Part shown: positions 8,413 to 17,556 of the stretch, in pieces
Layout of the letters: every line of letters starts with the position of its first letter
Position numbering within the stretch: the first letter of the stretch is position 1
Assembly (NCBI GenBank): GCA_965242865.1
Contig: CBDETK010000013.1
Location: 2,720,001 to 2,784,000, forward strand
From: Candidatus Latescibacterota bacterium
GTDB taxonomy: Bacteria; Latescibacterota; UBA2968; UBA8231
DNA: 64,000 nt
Direction: 5' to 3'
Notes under the pieces: generated by a model
What the model saw: only the letters and a program-made list of their open reading frames with translations
Databases searched by the model: none
Told to the model about the DNA's origin: nothing
Position numbers and translations under genes: made by a program

Positions 8413-11390
8413 CCACCGACACCACCGAACGCGGCCTAGAGCAGCGCGTCTGCGAGCTGCTGACCCACCGGGCCGACGCGCCGGACGCCGCTGAGGTGCG
8501 GGAACGCCCGGCCACTTATGACATCGGCTGGCTCAACGGGCACTCCGACGACTACGACCGCGAACACTGCATAGACTTGGCCCAGTTGACCGCCTTCCTC
8601 AAGGCAACGCAGCCGCACCTCGTCGCCGCGCTAGCTTTGGACGCGGACAGCCCGGTGCGCCGCAAGTTCCTCGCCCGCCTGAAAAACGAAGTCGGCAAGC
8701 GCGGCATCGTCGAAGTCCTCCGCAACGGCGTTAAGCACGGGCCGCACACCATCGCGCTCTTGTACGGCACTCCCTCGCCGGGCAACCCGCAGGCCGCAAC
8801 CCGCTACGAGCAGAACCGCTTTTCGGTGACGCGCCAGTTGTCGTACAGCAACGCCAACAAGCGGCGGACCCTCGACCTCGCGCTGTTCATCAACGGCCTG
8901 CCGGTGGCGACCTTTGAGTTGAAAAACAGCCTCACCAAACAGACCGCGGCCGATGCCGCAGAGCAATACAAACGCGACCGCGATCCCAAAGAGGAGCTCT
9001 TCCGCCTCGGCCGCTGCTTGGTCCACTTTGCCGTGGATGATCTCGAAGTGCGGTTCTGCACCCACCTCAACGGCAAGGCGTCGTGGTTCCTGCCGTTCAA
9101 CCAGGGTTGGAACGACGGCGCGGGCAACCCGCCCAACCCCAACGGCATCAAGACCGATTACCTGTGGCGTGAGGTGCTGACTCGGCAAAGCCTGACCGAC
9201 ATCGTGGAGAACTACGCCCTGCTGATCGAATCCACGGACCCCGAGACCGGGCGCAAAGCCAAGGCGCAAATCTGGCCGCGCTATCACCAGTTGGACGTGG
9301 TGCGGAAACTGTTGGCCTCGGTCGCCGAGCACGGCGTCGGGCAACGCTATCTCATCCAGCACTCGGCCGGCAGCGGCAAGTCCAACTCCATTGCGTGGTT
9401 GGCGCACCGGCTCATCGGCTTGGAAAAGGGCGGCCGGCCGGTCTTTGATTCCATCATCGTCGTAACGGACCGCAAAATCTTGGACCGGCAGATCAACGAC
9501 ACCATCCGGCAGTTCGCGCAAGTGGGGGCGACCGTGGGCCACGCGGAAAATGCCGGCGATTTGCGCCGCTTTATCGCCGCCGGCAAGAAAATCATCATCT
9601 CCACCGTGCAAAAGTTCCCGTTCATCTTGGACGAGATCGACAACGATCATCCAAGCCGCCGCTTTGCCATCGTCATCGACGAAGCCCACTCCAGCCAAGG
9701 CGGGCGCACGGCCTCGGCCATGGCGAGCGTCTTGGGGGATCCCGCCGCGGATGCGGACGACACGGTTGAGGATCAAATCAACCGCATCATTGAACAGCGG
9801 CGTTTGCTGGCCAACGCCAGTTATTTCGCCTTCACCGCCACGCCCAAGAACAAGACGCTGGAATTGTTCGGCGCGCCCGCGCCGCAACCCGACAGCGCGA
9901 TCCAGCATCGGCCCTTCCACAGCTACGCCATGAAGCAGGCCATCCAAGAGGGGTTCATCTTGGACGTGCTCGGGCACTACACGCCGGTGACGAGCTACTA
10001 CCGCCTCGCCAAAACCACGACCGACGACCCTAAGTTCGACGCCAACAAGGCGCACAAAAAGCTCATCCGCTATGTGGAAACCCACAGCCGAGCCATTCGC
10101 CTCAAAGCCGAGATCATCGTCGATCACTTCCACGAGCAGGTGCTGGCCCCGCGCAAAATCGACGGACAGGCGCGAGCCATGGTCGTCACCAGCGGCATTG
10201 AGATGGCCATAGCTTACTATCGCGCCATCCGCGACTACCTCGCCGAGCGCGGCAGCCCGCACAAAGCCATCGTCGCCTTTTCCGGCGAGGTCGAGTACGG
10301 CGGCGAGCAAGTGAGCGAAGCGCGGTTGAACGGGTTTCCGTCGTCGCAGCTCGCCCGCAACATTCAGCGCGACCCCTATCGGTTTCTCGTCTGCGCGGAC
10401 AAGTTCCAGACCGGCTACGACGAGCCGCTGTTGCACACCATGTACGTCGATAAGGTTTTGTCCGGCATCCGGGCGGTGCAGACCTTGTCGCGCCTCAACC
10501 GCGCCCACCCGGGCAAGCGCGATACGTTTGTGCTTGATTTCCACAACGACGCCGACGCCATCAAAGACGCGTTTGCCGCGTACTACCGCACCACCATCTT
10601 GGCGGACGAAACCGACCCGAACAAATTGCACGACCTCAAGGCCGCACTGGACGACCGGCAGGTCTATTCCGCCGAGCAAATCGATGCGCTGGTGGCGGCC
10701 TATTTGAGCGGCGACGACCGCGCTGTTCTCGACCCCATCTTGGACGAGTGCGTGACCATCTATCGCCGCGATCTCGACGAAGACGAGCAGGTCGATTTCA
10801 AGGGCCATGCCAAAGCCTTCACCCGCACCTACAACTTCCTGTCGCAGGTGTTGCCCTACGAGAATGCCGATTGGGAAAAGCTGTCCATCGTTCTGACCCT
10901 GCTCATTCCCAAGCTGCCGACGCCCGCGGCCGAGGACAGGGCGCTCGGCATTGAGAATGCCATCGACATGGACAGCTACCGCGCCGAGAAACAGGCGACC
11001 CTGCACATCCTGCTGCCCGACGAGGACGCCGAAATCGAGCCGGTGCCGGCCAGCCGCGGCGGGTACCAGCCTGAGCCTGCAATGGATCGGCTCTCCAACA
11101 TTCTGCGGGAATTCAACGATTTGTTCGGCGATATTCCGTGGACGAGTGCGGATCGCATCCGCCGGATGATCACCGAGGATGTGCCGCAACTGGTCGAGGC
11201 GGACCATGCCTATCGCAACGCCCGGCAACACGCGGACGCGCAGAACACCCGCATTGAGCACGACCGGGCCTTGGCAAAGGCGATCACCGCCCTGCTCGCC
11301 GACGACGCCGAACTCTACAAGCAATACTCGGACAACGCAGCATTCAAACGCTGGCTGGCCAATAGCGTGTTTGAACTGACCTACCGATAG
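8409..11390 (+). CDS. hsdR: Type I restriction endonuclease subunit R
   Basis: DLALFINGLPVATFELKN nuclease motif, QHSAGSGKS Walker A, DEAH, FTATP, KFQTGYDEP, QTLSRLNR. Start at ATG 8409. Confidence 0.96.
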   Translation: MTTDTTERGLEQRVCELLTHRADAPDAAEVRERPATYDIGWLNGHSDDYDREHCIDLAQLTAFLKATQPHLVAALALDADSPVRRKFLARLKNEVGKRGIVEVLRNGVKHGPHTIALLYGTPSPGNPQAATRYEQNRFSVTRQLSYSNANKRRTLDLALFINGLPVATFELKNSLTKQTAADAAEQYKRDRDPKEELFRLGRCLVHFAVDDLEVRFCTHLNGKASWFLPFNQGWNDGAGNPPNPNGIKTDYLWREVLTRQSLTDIVENYALLIESTDPETGRKAKAQIWPRYHQLDVVRKLLASVAEHGVGQRYLIQHSAGSGKSNSIAWLAHRLIGLEKGGRPVFDSIIVVTDRKILDRQINDTIRQFAQVGATVGHAENAGDLRRFIAAGKKIIISTVQKFPFILDEIDNDHPSRRFAIVIDEAHSSQGGRTASAMASVLGDPAADADDTVEDQINRIIEQRRLLANASYFAFTATPKNKTLELFGAPAPQPDSAIQHRPFHSYAMKQAIQEGFILDVLGHYTPVTSYYRLAKTTTDDPKFDANKAHKKLIRYVETHSRAIRLKAEIIVDHFHEQVLAPRKIDGQARAMVVTSGIEMAIAYYRAIRDYLAERGSPHKAIVAFSGEVEYGGEQVSEARLNGFPSSQLARNIQRDPYRFLVCADKFQTGYDEPLLHTMYVDKVLSGIRAVQTLSRLNRAHPGKRDTFVLDFHNDADAIKDAFAAYYRTTILADETDPNKLHDLKAALDDRQVYSAEQIDALVAAYLSGDDRAVLDPILDECVTIYRRDLDEDEQVDFKGHAKAFTRTYNFLSQVLPYENADWEKLSIVLTLLIPKLPTPAAEDRALGIENAIDMDSYRAEKQATLHILLPDEDAEIEPVPASRGGYQPEPAMDRLSNILREFNDLFGDIPWTSADRIRRMITEDVPQLVEADHAYRNARQHADAQNTRIEHDRALAKAITALLADDAELYKQYSDNAAFKRWLANSVFELTYR

Positions 11391-11409
11391 CACCCCCCAA
11401 GGACGACCC

Positions 11410-13509
11410 ATGCAAGACAGCCAACTCAATCGCATTCCCAACTTTATATGGGGCATTGCCGACGATGTGCTGCGCGACCTGTACGTGCGCGGCAAGTACC
11501 GCGACATCATTTTGCCCATGACGGTGATTCGGCGGCTGGACGCGGTGCTCGAACCGACCAAACAAGCCGTGCTCGCCATGCAGGCCCGGCTCAACGACCA
11601 AGGCATTGTCGAACAGGAAGCAGCCCTCAAGCAGGCCGCTGGCCATGCCTTTTACAATGCGTCCCAATTCACGTTGCGCGACCTCCGCGCCCGGGCCACT
11701 CGGCAGCAGCTCCGGGCGGACTTTGAGATTTACTTGGACGGGTTTTCGTCCAATGTGCAGGACATCTTGAAGAACTTTGAGTTTCGCAACCAGATTCCGC
11801 GCCTGTCCGACGCCGATGTGCTCGGCGCGCTCATCGAGAAATTCCTGTCGCCGGAGATCAACCTCAGTCCCTATCCGGTCGAAAGGCATCCCGGCCTCGA
11901 CAACCACGCCATGGGCACGATTTTCGAGGAACTGGTGCGGCGGTTCAACGAGGAAAACAATGAGGAGGCCGGCGAACACTGGACCCCGCGCGACGCGGTC
12001 AAGCTGATGGCCAATCTCATCTTCCTGCCGGTGGCCGACGCGATCGAGTCGAGCACCTACCTGCTCTACGATGGCGCGCTCGGCACCGGCGGCATGCTGA
12101 CCGTAGCCGAGGAAACCCTGCAGGAACTCGCCCGCGCCCGCGGCAAGCACGTATCCACCCATCTCTACGGCCAAGAGATCAACGCCGAGACCTACGCGAT
12201 CTGCAAGGCCGACCTGCTGCTCAAGGGCGAGGGCAGTGCGGCGGACAACATCGTCGGCGGGCCGGAACACTCCACCCTCGCCAACGACGCTTTCCCGGCT
12301 CACAAATTCGATTTCATGCTCAGCAATCCGCCCTACGGCAAGAGCTGGAAGCAAGACCTCGACCGCTTGGGCGGCAAGCGCGGCGTGGCGGACCCGCGCT
12401 TCATCATCGCGCACGCTGGCGACCCAAACTATTCCCTGCTCACCCGCTCCAGCGACGGACAGATGCTGTTCCTCGCCAACATGCTGAGCAAGATGAAGCG
12501 CGACACCGCGCTCGGCAGCCGCATCGCGGAGGTCCACAACGGCAGTTCCCTGTTCACCGGCGACGCCGGGCAGGGCGAGAGCAACATTCGCCGCTGGATC
12601 ATCGAAAACGACTATCTCGAAGCCATTGTCGCCCTGCCGCTCAACATGTTCTACAACACCGGCATCGCCACCTATATCTGGGTGCTGACCAATCGCAAGC
12701 CGGCGCATCGGCAGGGCAAGGTGCAGCTCATCGACGCCACCGAGTGGTTCAGTCCGTTGCGTAAGAATCTCGGCAATAAGAACTGCGCGTTGTCCGAGGC
12801 TGACATCGGCCGCGTCTGCGATGCGTTTCTCGCCTTTGAGGAAAGCGAGCACTCAAAAATTTTCCCCAACCGGGCCTTCGGCTACTATCGCGTGACGATT
12901 GAGCGCCCCTTGCGGCTTGCTGTCGAGCTATCGTCGGAGCATCTCGAACGGTTCCGCGCCGCCTGTGCGGAAGTGGGCGAAGAACCGCTCGCCGAGGCCG
13001 TTGAGCGGATAGCGACCACCATCGGCGACGGGCCGCACCGCGACTTCAACCTGTTTGTGGATGTGGTCAGACGCGACACCAACCTGACGGCCAAGCGCAA
13101 GAAGCTGCTGCAAACGGCGCTGGCGTTCCGCGACGAGGCCGCCGCGCCGGTCGTCAAAAAGACTCACCGGCCGGGCAAGATGGAGCCGGCTCCGCTTTGC
13201 GGCTTGGTCGAACGGCCGGGGTGCGTGGTCGAATACGAGCCGGACGGCGAGTTGCGCGACAGCGAACAGGTGCCGTTGCTCGCCGAGGGCGGCGTTGAGG
13301 GCTACCTGCGCCGCGAGGTGCTGCCCTACGCGCCGGACGCTTGGTACGACCCAACGAGCGTCAAGACCGGCTACGAGATCAGCTTCACCCGGCATTTTTA
13401 CAAGCCGCAACCGCTGCGCTCCCGAAGCGAAATCCGCGCCGACATCTTGGCGTTGGAGCGCGAGAATGAAGCGGTGCTGGCGGAGATCGTCGGGGCCAGC
13501 GGCGAATGA
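11410..13509 (+). CDS. hsdM: Type I restriction-modification methyltransferase subunit M
   Basis: FIWGIADDVLRD N-terminus, GEHWTPRD, YD.A.GTGGML motif I, NPPY motif IV, FYNTGIATYIW. Confidence 0.96.
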   Translation: MQDSQLNRIPNFIWGIADDVLRDLYVRGKYRDIILPMTVIRRLDAVLEPTKQAVLAMQARLNDQGIVEQEAALKQAAGHAFYNASQFTLRDLRARATRQQLRADFEIYLDGFSSNVQDILKNFEFRNQIPRLSDADVLGALIEKFLSPEINLSPYPVERHPGLDNHAMGTIFEELVRRFNEENNEEAGEHWTPRDAVKLMANLIFLPVADAIESSTYLLYDGALGTGGMLTVAEETLQELARARGKHVSTHLYGQEINAETYAICKADLLLKGEGSAADNIVGGPEHSTLANDAFPAHKFDFMLSNPPYGKSWKQDLDRLGGKRGVADPRFIIAHAGDPNYSLLTRSSDGQMLFLANMLSKMKRDTALGSRIAEVHNGSSLFTGDAGQGESNIRRWIIENDYLEAIVALPLNMFYNTGIATYIWVLTNRKPAHRQGKVQLIDATEWFSPLRKNLGNKNCALSEADIGRVCDAFLAFEESEHSKIFPNRAFGYYRVTIERPLRLAVELSSEHLERFRAACAEVGEEPLAEAVERIATTIGDGPHRDFNLFVDVVRRDTNLTAKRKKLLQTALAFRDEAAAPVVKKTHRPGKMEPAPLCGLVERPGCVVEYEPDGELRDSEQVPLLAEGGVEGYLRREVLPYAPDAWYDPTSVKTGYEISFTRHFYKPQPLRSRSEIRADILALERENEAVLAEIVGASGE

Positions 13510-13574
13510 TCGGCGATCGGAAACCCTACCCATCCTACAAGTCCTCCGGCGGCGAGTGGCTCGTTGCCCATTGA
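13506..13574 (+). pseudogene. hsdS: hsdS 5' stub (22 codons) translationally coupled to hsdM; contains copy 2 of the 44-bp repeat
   Basis: ATGA overlap with the hsdM stop; MIGDRKPYPSYKSSGGEWLVAH* matches the start of the full hsdS (LKPYPSYKPSGVEWL). Confidence 0.88.
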
Positions 13575-13622
13575 GCATCGCCCGCGAGATCACGGACAAG
13601 AGGTATCAGGGAGACTCAAACC

Positions 13623-15194
13623 ATGCGCTTTTTCACCACTGCCGGTCCCATCAAGCCGGCCAGGCACTATTGCATCCCGCCGCTGGAACGCTTGGACCTC
13701 GCCGCGGTACTCGCCCTGATTCGGGACGAGAAGTATTTCGTCCTACACGCGCCCCGGCAGACGGGCAAGACCTCTATCCTGCTGGCCTTGCGCGACCTGC
13801 TCAACGCCGAGGGCATCTATCGTTGTGTGTACGTCAATGTCGAAGGGGGGCAAGCCGCCCGCGAAGATGTGGAACAAGTGACGCGCACCATGTTGGGCGA
13901 GTTGGCATCTCGGGCGCGTTTAATCGGCGACGAACTTCTAGACGAGATTTGGTTCGACATCTTGACCAAGTACGGTCCACACGCTGCTTTGCGCGAGGCG
14001 TTGACGCGCTGGGCCTCGGCGTCCCCCAAGCCGCTGGTGCTGCTCATCGACGAGATCGACGCGCTGATCGGCGACGCGCTCCTGTCCGTGTTGCGGCAGT
14101 TGCGGGCGGGCTACGACCTGCGACCAGCAGGGTTTCCGCAAAGCGTGGTGCTATGCGGGGTGCGCGACGTGCGCGACTACCGCATCCATTCTAGTTCGGC
14201 CAATGCCACCATCGCCGGAGGGAGCGCGTTCAACATCAAATCGCGCTCGTTGCGCTTGGGCGACTTTTCGCCCGACGAGGTGCAAGCTCTGCTCGCACAG
14301 CACACTGCGGAGACCGGGCAGGCGTTTACCGCCGACGCCTTGGAGACGATCTGGACGCAGACCCAAGGGCAGCCGTGGTTGGTCAATGCCTTGGCCGATC
14401 AGACCTGCTTCCGCGATGGCGGGGCTGACCGGCGCGAGCCAATCACGGCTGCCGTTATCATTGAAGCGAAAGAGCACCTCATCCTGCGTCGCGAAACCCA
14501 CCTCGACCAATTGGCGGACAAGCTCCAAGAGGAGCGCGTGCGGCGCATCGTGGAGCCGCTGTTGAGCGGAGCTGAAAAGAGCGACTTTTCGGCCCGCGAT
14601 CTCGAATACATCCGCGACTTGGGCTTGATCGCCCAGCACGACCCGCTCCGCATCGCCAATCCCATTTACGCGGAAATCGTGCCGCGCGAACTGACCTATT
14701 CCACCCAATCCGGGCTCGTCCAAGACCCGGCCTGGTACGTCCATGCCGATGGTCGCTTGGACGTGGTCAAACTGCTGACCGCATTCCAGACGTTCTTCCG
14801 CGAACACTCCGAGCATTGGGTCAAGCGATTTCAATATCAAGAGGCCGGTCCGCAGTTGCTGCTGCAGGCGTTTTTGCAACGGATCGTCAACAGCGGTGGG
14901 CGCATCGAGCGCGAGTATGGCTTGGGTCGCATGCGCACCGATCTGCTCCTCGTCTGGCCGCAGGGCGAGCGCACGCGCCAGTTCGTGATCGAATGCAAAG
15001 TGCTCCACAAGAGCTTGGAGCAAACTATCGCCGAGGGGGTGGCGCAGACTGCCGAGTACATGGATCGCTGCGCGGCCGAGGCGGGTCATCTGGTGATTTT
15101 TGACCGGCGCGAGGGCCGGCGTTGGGAGGACAAGGTGTTTCGAGATCGCCGAGTGTCGGATGGTGGGGTCGCGATCGACATCTGGGGCTTATGA
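13623..15194 (+). CDS. AAA-like P-loop ATPase with C-terminal PD-(D/E)xK nuclease domain
   Basis: HAPRQTGKTS Walker A, LLIDEID Walker B, TQGQPWLVN, C-terminal EREYGLG..RTDL...VIECK. Confidence 0.85.
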   Translation: MRFFTTAGPIKPARHYCIPPLERLDLAAVLALIRDEKYFVLHAPRQTGKTSILLALRDLLNAEGIYRCVYVNVEGGQAAREDVEQVTRTMLGELASRARLIGDELLDEIWFDILTKYGPHAALREALTRWASASPKPLVLLIDEIDALIGDALLSVLRQLRAGYDLRPAGFPQSVVLCGVRDVRDYRIHSSSANATIAGGSAFNIKSRSLRLGDFSPDEVQALLAQHTAETGQAFTADALETIWTQTQGQPWLVNALADQTCFRDGGADRREPITAAVIIEAKEHLILRRETHLDQLADKLQEERVRRIVEPLLSGAEKSDFSARDLEYIRDLGLIAQHDPLRIANPIYAEIVPRELTYSTQSGLVQDPAWYVHADGRLDVVKLLTAFQTFFREHSEHWVKRFQYQEAGPQLLLQAFLQRIVNSGGRIEREYGLGRMRTDLLLVWPQGERTRQFVIECKVLHKSLEQTIAEGVAQTAEYMDRCAAEAGHLVIFDRREGRRWEDKVFRDRRVSDGGVAIDIWGL

Positions 15195-15377
15195 GGAAGG
15201 CGGCGGTCAGCGGCCACGGCGAAAGACGCGAGTTAGCGAAGAATGCCGTCGCGCTTGTTAAACGTAGTCTTTAACATGGCCGAATAAGGGCTGTATATTA
15301 TTAACCTCTGCATTTTTAATGGAATAGTTTATATTCATTTACGCTCCTCATAGATTATATCTCCTACATGCGGATAG

Positions 15378-16646
15378 TCACCTCTTCGCCACCGGCTTTT
15401 CCTCTTCCCCAAAAGAAGGCAGCGCAAAAACGGCCCGCCAGCCCAGCCCGTTTAGACGCAAGTAATAAGAAGCCGTTAGCACACCCCACAACGCATAGGC
15501 AATCGAAGTAGATAAGGCGGCACCGCGCAGCCCTAGCTTGGGGATCAACAATAGGTTCAGGCCCACGTTGGCCGCTAAGGCGATGCCCGGTGCCCACAGG
15601 GTTATGGAGGGATAGCCCTCGCCCATTAGCTTGGCGTTGAACACGGCTCCACAACCCAAAAACAACATGCCGGGCAGCAGCCAAATAAGAGGCGCGTAGG
15701 CATCGGGATACAAGGGGAAGAAAACGCTCAGAAGCAGGCGTCCACCGAAGATCAAAACGACCGCCGAAAGCAGGGAAAAGACAAAGATACCTTGAGCCAC
15801 CCCCAAAGAGAGCCGCGTGTCGTCTTGCCCGCGCACGATTTTGGCGAGCAGGATGACCGAAGCAATGTTGGCGACGCGCTGCATCATGTCCGTAAAGTTC
15901 GTCGCCACTCCGTACACGCCCACCTCCTCCTCGCCTAAAAATCGCTCTATCAAAAAGAGGTCGCTTTTGAGTAACAAAAAGATGAGCACTAAGCAGACCT
16001 CGCCGCGCGAACCAATGCGAAGCATTTGTCCGAGTACGCGTCGCCCGCCCCACCGAAAGCGGAATCCCCGGGACGAGAACGGGACAAAAGCCGCCAAGGC
16101 CGTCGTCCCTACCGCCCCTACCCACACCCCCATCACCCGTTCTAACTCGAGATGCCCTAGCTGGGAAAGGACTAGATTGCCGCCGAGATAGATGGCGATG
16201 AAAACTACGGGCAGCAGTGCGTAGGGCTTGAGCCGATCTTCGCCTAACAAGATGAACAACCCCGCCCTTTGTAGCGCGGTGAACGCAATCACACAAACGC
16301 CCAAGACCCATTGGACTAAGGTAATACTGGGCATGAACACCTTTGCGAGGGCCAAGCTAAAGGGAGCCGTCGGCAACAGGAAGGCCCCCAAGACGAGGCA
16401 GTAAAGCAAAGTGTGGTTGATCGCGTCCTCCCGCGCTCGCTCGCGTCCCACGACGTAGATGTTCCCCTTGCTGAGCCACTCCCCGAAGAACAAGACGCCC
16501 AACATGACGAGCGCGGTCCACAGCTTTAAGGTGCCATAGTGCTCCGGCCCTAGCCGATCCGCGAGTAAGACCGCGTTGACAAAGCCCAACGAAAATACCA
16601 AGAAGGAGCAGGTGGTGTTGAGCGAGAAGCTGCGAAAAAAGTTCAT
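15378..16646 (-). CDS. Oligosaccharide flippase (Wzx/MATE-like)
   Basis: Many hydrophobic helices; LGPEHYG, EEVGVYGVA, LNLLLIPKLGLRGAALSTSIAY. Start at MNFFRS; the longer 5' ORF extension overlaps another gene. Confidence 0.85.
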   Translation of the reverse strand: MNFFRSFSLNTTCSFLVFSLGFVNAVLLADRLGPEHYGTLKLWTALVMLGVLFFGEWLSKGNIYVVGRERAREDAINHTLLYCLVLGAFLLPTAPFSLALAKVFMPSITLVQWVLGVCVIAFTALQRAGLFILLGEDRLKPYALLPVVFIAIYLGGNLVLSQLGHLELERVMGVWVGAVGTTALAAFVPFSSRGFRFRWGGRRVLGQMLRIGSRGEVCLVLIFLLLKSDLFLIERFLGEEEVGVYGVATNFTDMMQRVANIASVILLAKIVRGQDDTRLSLGVAQGIFVFSLLSAVVLIFGGRLLLSVFFPLYPDAYAPLIWLLPGMLFLGCGAVFNAKLMGEGYPSITLWAPGIALAANVGLNLLLIPKLGLRGAALSTSIAYALWGVLTASYYLRLNGLGWRAVFALPSFGEEEKPVAKR

Positions 16647-16725
16647 TGCAATGGACGGAGGAGATTGGTGGTCGGAGAATCGGTCTCGGTGGAAGGATTC
16701 TAGACCGCTACTTAGGCGTACAACA

Positions 16726-17556
16726 TCAAGACCAGACGTAAATCTCGTCGTCGTCCGGGGACATGGCAAAGAAGATGGCCAGCACCGCTCGGGGCTGGTC
16801 GCCGACGATGGCGGGCACCTCGTGGATGTTTTCGCTAAAGAAAAAGTAGAGGTCGCCGGGTTCGAGCTGCACTTGGACGCGCTCGATGCGCTTGCGGGCG
16901 ACGTAAGCGGCGAATTGCTCGCGTCCCAGATGCGCGGCGAGCGCGGGGCGAAAGGGACAGTTGTACAGATATGGCTCGCCGGTGCCGCCTTCCTTGGTGC
17001 TGTTCTGAAAGCAGAGGACCCCGGCAAACTGGTATTTGAAACGCGCAATTTGGTACTCGAAAGCCCGAGTGCGCTTGGCGACCGAGTCGTAGTGCGGGCC
17101 GTGGCCGGTTTCTCGGTGATAGACGCGGAAGATGGCCGGGCCGTAGAGACGGCCGTCCGGCTCGCGGGCGGTCTGGACCGCTTTGCCGGGCGCCAACTGG
17201 GCGAGGGCGTCGTACAGGGTGCGGACCGGATCGTCATAGCCGCTGAAGAGGGTCTCGAACAACGCCAGCGTCGTGGCCGAGTGGGCGTGGAATGTGTCGC
17301 GGTCGCGGTGGTGATGGCCAAAACTAGTGCCAATGTCAACGCGACGCGCTTGGCCATCGCCGACTGCGTGGGGGTCGTAGAGCAGGCTGCGCTCGTAGAA
17401 GCGCCGCATCAGTGCTCGGCAATGGGCGGGGTTGTAGTGCTGGCGCAGCACAAAGGCCGGCACCTCGCCCCGCGCTAGGGCCATCAGCGGCTCGGGATAC
17501 TGGGCGAGGATTTGCTCGGTCGAGGCTTCGACCGGGATCCAAGGGGCAGAAGTCAT
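16726..17556 (-). CDS. 2OG-Fe(II) oxygenase superfamily protein
   Basis: HYD (HxD), GG.L segment, L.PGDLYFF, distal H in NIHEV, followed by R. Confidence 0.7.
   Translation of the reverse strand: MTSAPWIPVEASTEQILAQYPEPLMALARGEVPAFVLRQHYNPAHCRALMRRFYERSLLYDPHAVGDGQARRVDIGTSFGHHHRDRDTFHAHSATTLALFETLFSGYDDPVRTLYDALAQLAPGKAVQTAREPDGRLYGPAIFRVYHRETGHGPHYDSVAKRTRAFEYQIARFKYQFAGVLCFQNSTKEGGTGEPYLYNCPFRPALAAHLGREQFAAYVARKRIERVQVQLEPGDLYFFFSENIHEVPAIVGDQPRAVLAIFFAMSPDDDEIYVWS

Noticed and set aside
8631-12852. Long antisense ORFs (999 aa and 502 aa) opposite hsdR and hsdM
   Set aside because: Shadow frames expected from high-GC codon bias; no recognisable motifs.
1319-13574. Invertible hsdS shufflon
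   Set aside because: All hsdS-derived repeats are direct, there are no silent TRDs, and no recombinase lies nearby.
16647-17357. N-terminal extension of the 659-aa flippase ORF
   Set aside because: It overlaps the 2OG oxygenase in another frame and has low-complexity composition; the real start is MNFFRS. The same applies to the extensions on yejF, nagB and the Gfo gene.
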